Both the position numbers and the translations under genes were made by a program. Of a stretch of 64,000 bases of DNA, positions 9,347-15,200 are shown piece by piece. The stretch's first letter is position 1, and every line of letters begins with the position of its first letter. Under the pieces are notes generated by a model. The model was not told where the DNA came from. It searched no databases and saw nothing but the letters and a program-made list of their open reading frames with translations. This DNA is from Syntrophales bacterium (GTDB lineage: Bacteria > Desulfobacterota > Syntrophia > Syntrophales > UBA2185). Where the stretch lies: positions 62,818 through 126,817 of the forward strand of contig JBKQQP010000053.1 of assembly GCA_052144335.1 (NCBI GenBank), read 5' to 3'.

Positions 9347-9923
9347 CCGAGTTTTCACGACCGGTGAACAAGAACTAATATCCCGTGCTCATAACCAGGA
9401 CACCGTCTTATGGGCGCTCTGGGCAGGCAAGGAGGCAGCGTACAAGCTTGTCAAGAAGCATGACCCCTCCGTCAATTCTGTCCCCAGGTTATATGAAGTG
9501 AGTCTGGATTGCGCGGAGGAATCAGTTGGACCTTCTCCTGGAAGCAATGCCCTTACAGGATTCGTCACTACACCACGCGGCAGGGTTCAGATCAGGATTT
9601 TCATAACGCCCGACTATGTTCATTGTATCGGAACTACATCTGCACTGGATCAGATGGATGCGCTCGTTTGGCATGTGGACCGCATCAGCCCCGATTCACA
9701 GGCCTCTCCCGATTATGAATCGATATTTGTGCGTAAAGCCCTCAAGCTCCGCCTCTCAGAACATTATGATGAATCTCCGGAAAATATCGAAATCTGGCGG
9801 GTGAACAGTCCTTATGGTCTGGGACCGCCATTCGTCTGCATAAGCGGTGAATCCGCGGCAATCGATGTCAGTCTCAGTCATGACGGCCTCTTTACCGCCT
9901 ATGTCTTTGCCGCAAACGCTTGA
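9219..9923 (+). CDS. 4'-phosphopantetheinyl transferase
   Basis: IRIGNDIVDL near the N-terminus and WAGKEAAYKL further in. The start is uncertain. The ATG at 9219 gives a 128-nt out-of-frame overlap with the previous gene. A TTG at 9267 preceded by GGAGAAAGG gives an 80-nt overlap. Confidence 0.7.
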   Translation: MQSRSSTTWHKWRKVILIRIGNDIVDLTDPHNMGTSRNTRFINRVFTTGEQELISRAHNQDTVLWALWAGKEAAYKLVKKHDPSVNSVPRLYEVSLDCAEESVGPSPGSNALTGFVTTPRGRVQIRIFITPDYVHCIGTTSALDQMDALVWHVDRISPDSQASPDYESIFVRKALKLRLSEHYDESPENIEIWRVNSPYGLGPPFVCISGESAAIDVSLSHDGLFTAYVFAANA

Positions 9924-9926
9924 GTC

Positions 9927-10430
9927 CTACGCTGTCTCCCCTTTCAGAAATTTGTCTTCTATGAGATCGGCAATGCCCCGGATATCATCGATATCAAGGC
10001 AGGGTACGCCTTTGTCTACGGGCTCGTCACTCACAATGGCCAAAAGATTATCTTCTCGTGAACAGAGAGGGTCGTGCTTCATTTCCGCTCGCACCACCTC
10101 AATTTTTGGATACGGATTTCTTTTAAAACCTTCGGAAAGGATGATGTCGACGTCACGTATATAGCGATCCCGCAATTCCGCCAATTCAAGGTCCCTGTCC
10201 ACATCCTCAATGACAGCGACGGTATGGGGTGATGCGATGACCGTGAGGCGCGCCCCAGCCTTCTTGTGCCGCCAGCTGTCTTTGCCCTCGTGGTCTATGT
10301 CGAAGCCGTGGATGTTGTGTTTGATCGTAGCCACCTGATAGCCCCTTCGCCTCAGCTCCGGTATCAACTTTTCGATCAGCGTCGTCTTCCCGGTATTCGA
10401 TCGACCGACTATAGATATTATGGGTATCAA
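9927..10430 (-). CDS. mobB: molybdopterin-guanine dinucleotide biosynthesis adapter MobB
   Basis: IISIVGRSNTGKTTLIEKLIPELRRRGYQVATIKHNIHGFDIDHEGKDSWRH. I prefer the TTG start at 10430 (GAAGGGGAAAGG upstream, TTGA overlap with the GNAT stop) over the ORF-track start at 10556. Confidence 0.8.
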   Translation of the reverse strand: MIPIISIVGRSNTGKTTLIEKLIPELRRRGYQVATIKHNIHGFDIDHEGKDSWRHKKAGARLTVIASPHTVAVIEDVDRDLELAELRDRYIRDVDIILSEGFKRNPYPKIEVVRAEMKHDPLCSREDNLLAIVSDEPVDKGVPCLDIDDIRGIADLIEDKFLKGETA

Positions 10431-10951
10431 GTGCCTTTCCCCTTCATACCGAACGCCCGCCGTTCCGCAAGAACGACGGATGTTTCGATCTGACGTTCCG
10501 GTATCGACCAGTATCGTTTCAGCAAGCGATCCTTTTCTTCGGGAGAGACCAGACAAAAGCCATGCGCCTCATAGAAACGAACCGCCCAGACTGCCGCCGC
10601 CCAGGTGCCGATCAGGATCGGACGGGACGCTTTCTTCCGAAGTTCCGACAATAGCCTGCCGCCGATGCCCTGGCGGCGCCTCACCGTACGCACGTATGCA
10701 TGTCTCATCAACGTTACATCCTCTATATCCTGCGTGCCCATGACTCCCAGAAGTTCCCCATTCTTTATATAACTCCAGAATTTTACTCCTTCGTCAATTT
10801 CATGTCGGAGTTCATCTTTCGACATATAGGGTTCCTTCCATCTATCCGTGGGAATGATGCCTCTGTAAGCCTCGGCAGCGTCGTTAATAATCTCATAGAT
10901 AATTTCAAAATCCCTTTCCCCGCAGGGACGGATCTCAAGATGGCTCGTCAT
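10427..10951 (-). CDS. GNAT family N-acetyltransferase
   Basis: 174 aa with the acetyl-CoA binding motif VRRRQGIGGRLL. The start overlaps the upstream stop (ATGA at 10948-10951). Confidence 0.8.
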   Translation of the reverse strand: MTSHLEIRPCGERDFEIIYEIINDAAEAYRGIIPTDRWKEPYMSKDELRHEIDEGVKFWSYIKNGELLGVMGTQDIEDVTLMRHAYVRTVRRRQGIGGRLLSELRKKASRPILIGTWAAAVWAVRFYEAHGFCLVSPEEKDRLLKRYWSIPERQIETSVVLAERRAFGMKGKGT

Positions 10952-11382
10952 TCAGAGTCCTTTTTGTCAGGAAACATCAGGAATGTCGCCGTGCAACGCA
11001 GCACATCCCTGTCATTCTCGTCCTTGACCAGACAATCACCGATAATCAGTGTACGCCCTTTCTTGAATATGCTTGCCTCCGCAATCAGTTCACCCTTCTT
11101 AACCGAGGCCAGGAAATTGCATTTCAATTCGACGGTCGTTATTCCGAAAGAAGGTTCCAGGACTGTCATCGCGGCATGGGCAATGGCCTCATCAGCTAAG
11201 GCTACAATGAGTCCTCCCTGTAAGAAACCTGCCCCTTGCATATACTCGCCTAGGACCGGCATCCGGAAACGCGCATATCCTGCACGCACCTCTTCGAGGG
11301 TTATTTCAAAATAATCGAGATAGGGGTTCAGGTTCTTTTCGCCAGCTTGAAACCGCCGGAGATAAGTCGAGTAATCAGGCAT
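10948..11382 (-). CDS. PaaI-family hotdog thioesterase
   Basis: 144 aa with LQGGLIVALADEAIAHA... and a typical PaaI/4HBT layout. Confidence 0.75.
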   Translation of the reverse strand: MPDYSTYLRRFQAGEKNLNPYLDYFEITLEEVRAGYARFRMPVLGEYMQGAGFLQGGLIVALADEAIAHAAMTVLEPSFGITTVELKCNFLASVKKGELIAEASIFKKGRTLIIGDCLVKDENDRDVLRCTATFLMFPDKKDSE

Positions 11383-11422
11383 AGTCTCATCCTTGTCGAT
11401 AACGCTGACTTCTGAGAGGTTC

Positions 11423-11451
11423 TATTTAACCCTCCTGCTCCTTTATTTCAA
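11423..11451 (-). promoter_or_regulatory. possible sigma-70-type promoter for thioesterase-GNAT-mobB
   Basis: On the minus strand: TTGAAA (11451-11446), a 17-nt spacer, then TAAATA (11428-11423). This lies in the 99-nt gap after the DUF364 gene. Confidence 0.3.
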
Positions 11452-11481
11452 ATAGAAAGATGTATCTGTCTGACTGCATTA

Positions 11482-12249
11482 TTATTTAACGAACAGGTTT
11501 ACGAACCTGAGATAAGGTCGCATCGCCGGTGTGCCGCCGCCTTCGGAGATGATCTGCATGCATTTCCCGGCATCCCTGACTACGGCGCCTCCCAGGTGGT
11601 GGACAGGCGTTCCCTGAAAAATTTCGGGCAGGAGGGGTGTCGAGGGGCCGAGAATGGCTACATGCCTTGGATTGCCCAAGCCATTCAGAACTTCTTCCAG
11701 GGTGTCATTAAGAAGTGCGGTTGCCGTAACAATCGCTACAGTGCATTCCTTCAATATCCTGTCACTGTCTTTTTTATCGAGAACTGCCAGACGGGCGGGG
11801 TTCCGTTCAATGACGGTGAGCTTCGCTCCCGTTCTTTCGATCTTCGGAACCATCGGCGTGAAGAGACCGACCATGGCCACATGATCTTCCGGCTTCAATT
11901 TCATGATCGAGAGGGAGTCTCTTTCATCTTCACCGAATTCTGCATGGAGAACGGCATTCGCAGCAGCAAGTCCTAAGGCTCTTTTTAGGGGATCCTGTCC
12001 TTCCGTGATGTTTATGAGGAGAGAGGTTGCCTTTGATCCGGCCAATCTTCCAGCCTCGGGAAATACGGAGCAGCCCCATGGCAGCTCGTGGAGCAACAGG
12101 GCCGCGAGCCCCACGCATCGGTCATTCAGCATCACCCCCACGTAGCCGAGGCCGATGCGAACCTCTTCGATCACGGCGTTTTTCCCTCTATGAAACACAA
12201 TGTCAAAGAGACGGCGAGCTATTTCACCTTTCGGAAGCATGGCGTTCAC
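11482..12249 (-). CDS. DUF4213/DUF364 protein (annotated elsewhere as a putative heavy-metal-chelation Rossmann-like domain)
   Basis: 255 aa with EEVRIGLGYVGVML...GLAALL...ALGLAAANAVL then VAMVGLF...VAIVTATALLNDTLEEVL...VAILGPSTPLLPE. This is recognised from memory of the family pattern. The GTG start at 12249 overlaps the TGA of the giant ORF (GTGA). Confidence 0.6.
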   Translation of the reverse strand: MNAMLPKGEIARRLFDIVFHRGKNAVIEEVRIGLGYVGVMLNDRCVGLAALLLHELPWGCSVFPEAGRLAGSKATSLLINITEGQDPLKRALGLAAANAVLHAEFGEDERDSLSIMKLKPEDHVAMVGLFTPMVPKIERTGAKLTVIERNPARLAVLDKKDSDRILKECTVAIVTATALLNDTLEEVLNGLGNPRHVAILGPSTPLLPEIFQGTPVHHLGGAVVRDAGKCMQIISEGGGTPAMRPYLRFVNLFVK

Positions 12250-15200
12250 ATCGAATAATGGGTAAATCGCTTGTCGGATGCAAATCCCTCACCCTCCTTT
12301 TTTGCGCCGGTCTTTGTCGGTTTTTTATCATCGGAGATTTTTTCATCGCGTGCGTCTCTCCTCTTTTTCCCCTTACTTTTCTTGTGAGACGCTGGCGCCT
12401 CTCCTAGAGCGTTGCTCCAGGTGTCTACCAAACCGGCCAGCTCTCCCAAATTGGTCAACTCCTCAACCCATACTTCTGTAAATCTTGATCTCAGAGCAGG
12501 TGACAGCAGGTTTCGCGATTGATGCACGGAGGGAGGATTCATTGAAAGAAATATCCGGAAATTAGGATGGGCGTGACAGACATTCTCCTCTCCATCGATG
12601 ACGTAGCCGAAGTCCAGCAGAGTGTTTAAGTATTCGGACAGGGGGGAGAGATTCGCTTCGTCTATGAGGAGCCAGCTGCCCTTCTCCATGGCCATGAACA
12701 GCAGGCCTTTCCTGTAATGCCATTTCCCCTTCTTGTCTTGAGTATAACCGCCCAGAAGCTCCTCCAGTCCCGTATCGGAGGAGAGGTTGACATAGTAGAG
12801 GTCCGTCTCTTTTTGACCGGCCAGATATCTGATGAGAGTGGTCTTTCCTGAAGCGGGATTTCCCGCCACAAGCAGAGGTTCGTTATTTATCAGGGCCTTC
12901 AGGAGGAGATAGAGGATCATGTTCTGCGTCGGCGTAGGTACAATCGCTGCGTCATGTCGGGGAATCAATGCATCTCCCTTTGACGCTGTTAAGGCTGCAA
13001 GCAGGGAATCCAAATCCAAAGAAGCGGACATGAGCACTTCTTTTAGGTCCAGGCCCTCAGCCCGGAAACCAAAATGTGCATCCAAGAGACTGACCACTGC
13101 CTCTCTTTCGGAGCTGTCCCGAAGCCTCCCTATATAAACACTGAAGAACTCCAGGAAAAACTTTTTGAAATATTCCTTGTCGGCTGATCTATTCGCGAGG
13201 AGTGGCTCCAATCTCCTCCCCAGTCTTATTACATCCCTGAGGGTAAATATATACGGGTCTTTTTCCGCCTTGCCGATGATGCGGCTATCCGCCTGATTCT
13301 GTAAAGTGGTGTGGAATCTGGCAATGGGAAGGGCGGAGGCGGAAGTAATCTCAAATAAGGAACTTAGTATCTGGGACAGTTCCTCTTCAGAGAGCTCTTT
13401 CTGGTAAAGGATCTTGAACCTGGACAAGAATACCTCCGAGAGTTTCTGCCTCTGGCTGTAGCTTTCCGGGTTCCCTGTGGCAAAAAGTCTGAAATCGGGA
13501 TGGGGATACAATTCCCTCTGCTCCCCGTTTGCCGAGTAGGATATCCTTCCCGTAATGAGATAGTCATTCATTATCTCGACCACTTCGGAAGATGCCAGGT
13601 TTATCTCTTCGAGAGTCAGCCACAGGCCATCACGCGCTGCATTCAGAAGAATACCGTCCTGCCAGATGAATCTGCCCTCCCTGTCAGGTTTAATGCCTCC
13701 GATTATCTCAAACTTGGAGGTGTAGGGGTTGATGGAATACGAGAGATGCTCATAGCCCAAGACGTGAGCGAGCCATTTAATCAAGAAGCTCTTCCCCGTT
13801 GATGTAGGGCCCAGGAGCAGGACGGAGTGTCTCAAGAGATAGCCTATACATAATGTCTCCAAAATATGGTAGCCGGACTCCGTCATCACGCAGGCAGGTA
13901 TATCGTACCGCTGCTCTGCCCTCTTTAAAAGAAGATCTCCCACTGTTAAAGATTGTTCACCGATCTGCACTTGGCCCGCATGCGTACCTGCTATGGTATT
14001 TCTCATAGGTTCACCGAGCATCTCATTGAAGGAAGCGAGCGCCTTGATAAATTCCTTCTCCCTGCCCGAGATTATATCCGAAAAGATTCTTATTGCCGCC
14101 CGTGCCGCGGCCTGACGGACGGACCAGATCTTATCCTTCAATCTCTTTTCCAGTTTGTTTAATTCGACGTCATTCCCCCGTCTGATAAGGGCGTGTTGTA
14201 TCTGGACCAAGGCAAGTGCGGCAGCCTGGTGTACAAACCAGTTTTCATCCTTCAAGCTTGCTTCCAACTCTTTTGAAGTTACCTTCTTCCGATGATAGCT
14301 GCGAGGCCAGATGCGGCCCAGGGCCTGCGCTGCGGCCTGGCAGACGGATCTGTCCACATCCGCGTCTCTCAATCTGTCTTCCAAATTCCCTAAGTTCACA
14401 TTTTTCCCCCGTCCGATGAGGCCGGGATAGATCTGCCCCAGGGCCTGGCATGTAGCCTGACGGACAGGCCAGCTGGGGTCTTCGAGCCTCTTTTCCAAAT
14501 CTTTCAAAGCCATCCTGCCATGGTAATAGCTGTGGAACCATATCCGACCTAAGGCCACCGCAGCGGCCTGGCGGACCGACCAGTCGTCGTCGTCGAGCCT
14601 TTCTGCCAATTTTCCCAAATTAACATCTCGCCCACGCTTGATGAGGGGCGGATAGACCTGACCCAAGGCCACGGCGACGGTTTGACGGGTCAGTATGTTT
14701 TTATCTTTCAACCTTTCTTCTAACCCCTCCAGGTTGATCTCTATTCCCTTTCTGATAAGAGCGCCGTAGGTCTGCCCCAGGGCCTCGGCCTCGGCCTGGC
14801 GAACAAACCAGTTCTTATTCCACAACCCTTCTTCCAATTTGCCGATGTTCACATTCATTCCCTGTTCCATAAGGGGCGGATATATCCTGCCTAATGCCCT
14901 TGCCGCAGCTTGGCGGACGGCCCAGTTTTCGTCCCGCAGCCTGTGCTCCAATGTCCCCAGCGTTATTTTCCCCTTGCGATAATAATAATACCATATCCGG
15001 CTTAAAGCCTGGGCGGCGGCGCGGCAGACGGACGGATCTTCATCCTTCAGCATTTCCTCGAGCAGACTCAAATCCACATCTTTTCCCTGTTTGATTAGCG
15101 CGAGATAGACCCGGCCCAAGGCTGAGGCTGCGGGCTGGCGGACAGCCCAGCTTTTATCCTCTAATTTTTTCTCGAGCTCCTCGATGGCTATTTCTTTTAG

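Noticed and set aside
9921-9929. Convergent PPTase and mobB genes whose stop codons are only 3 nt apart, leaving no room for terminators.
   Set aside because: It is real but not informative on its own. It implies overlapping 3' UTRs or read-through, which is common in compact genomes.
10431-10556. ORF-track 5' extensions of mobB. Similar extensions affect the methyltransferase (28261-28350), hldD (54348-54404), the Fe-ADH (56872-56895), ilvB1 (43462-43512), tatA (40014-40043) and OsmC (29690-29815).
   Set aside because: The extensions overlap upstream genes or lack an SD. Internal starts have good SD spacing and coincide with the conserved family N-termini.
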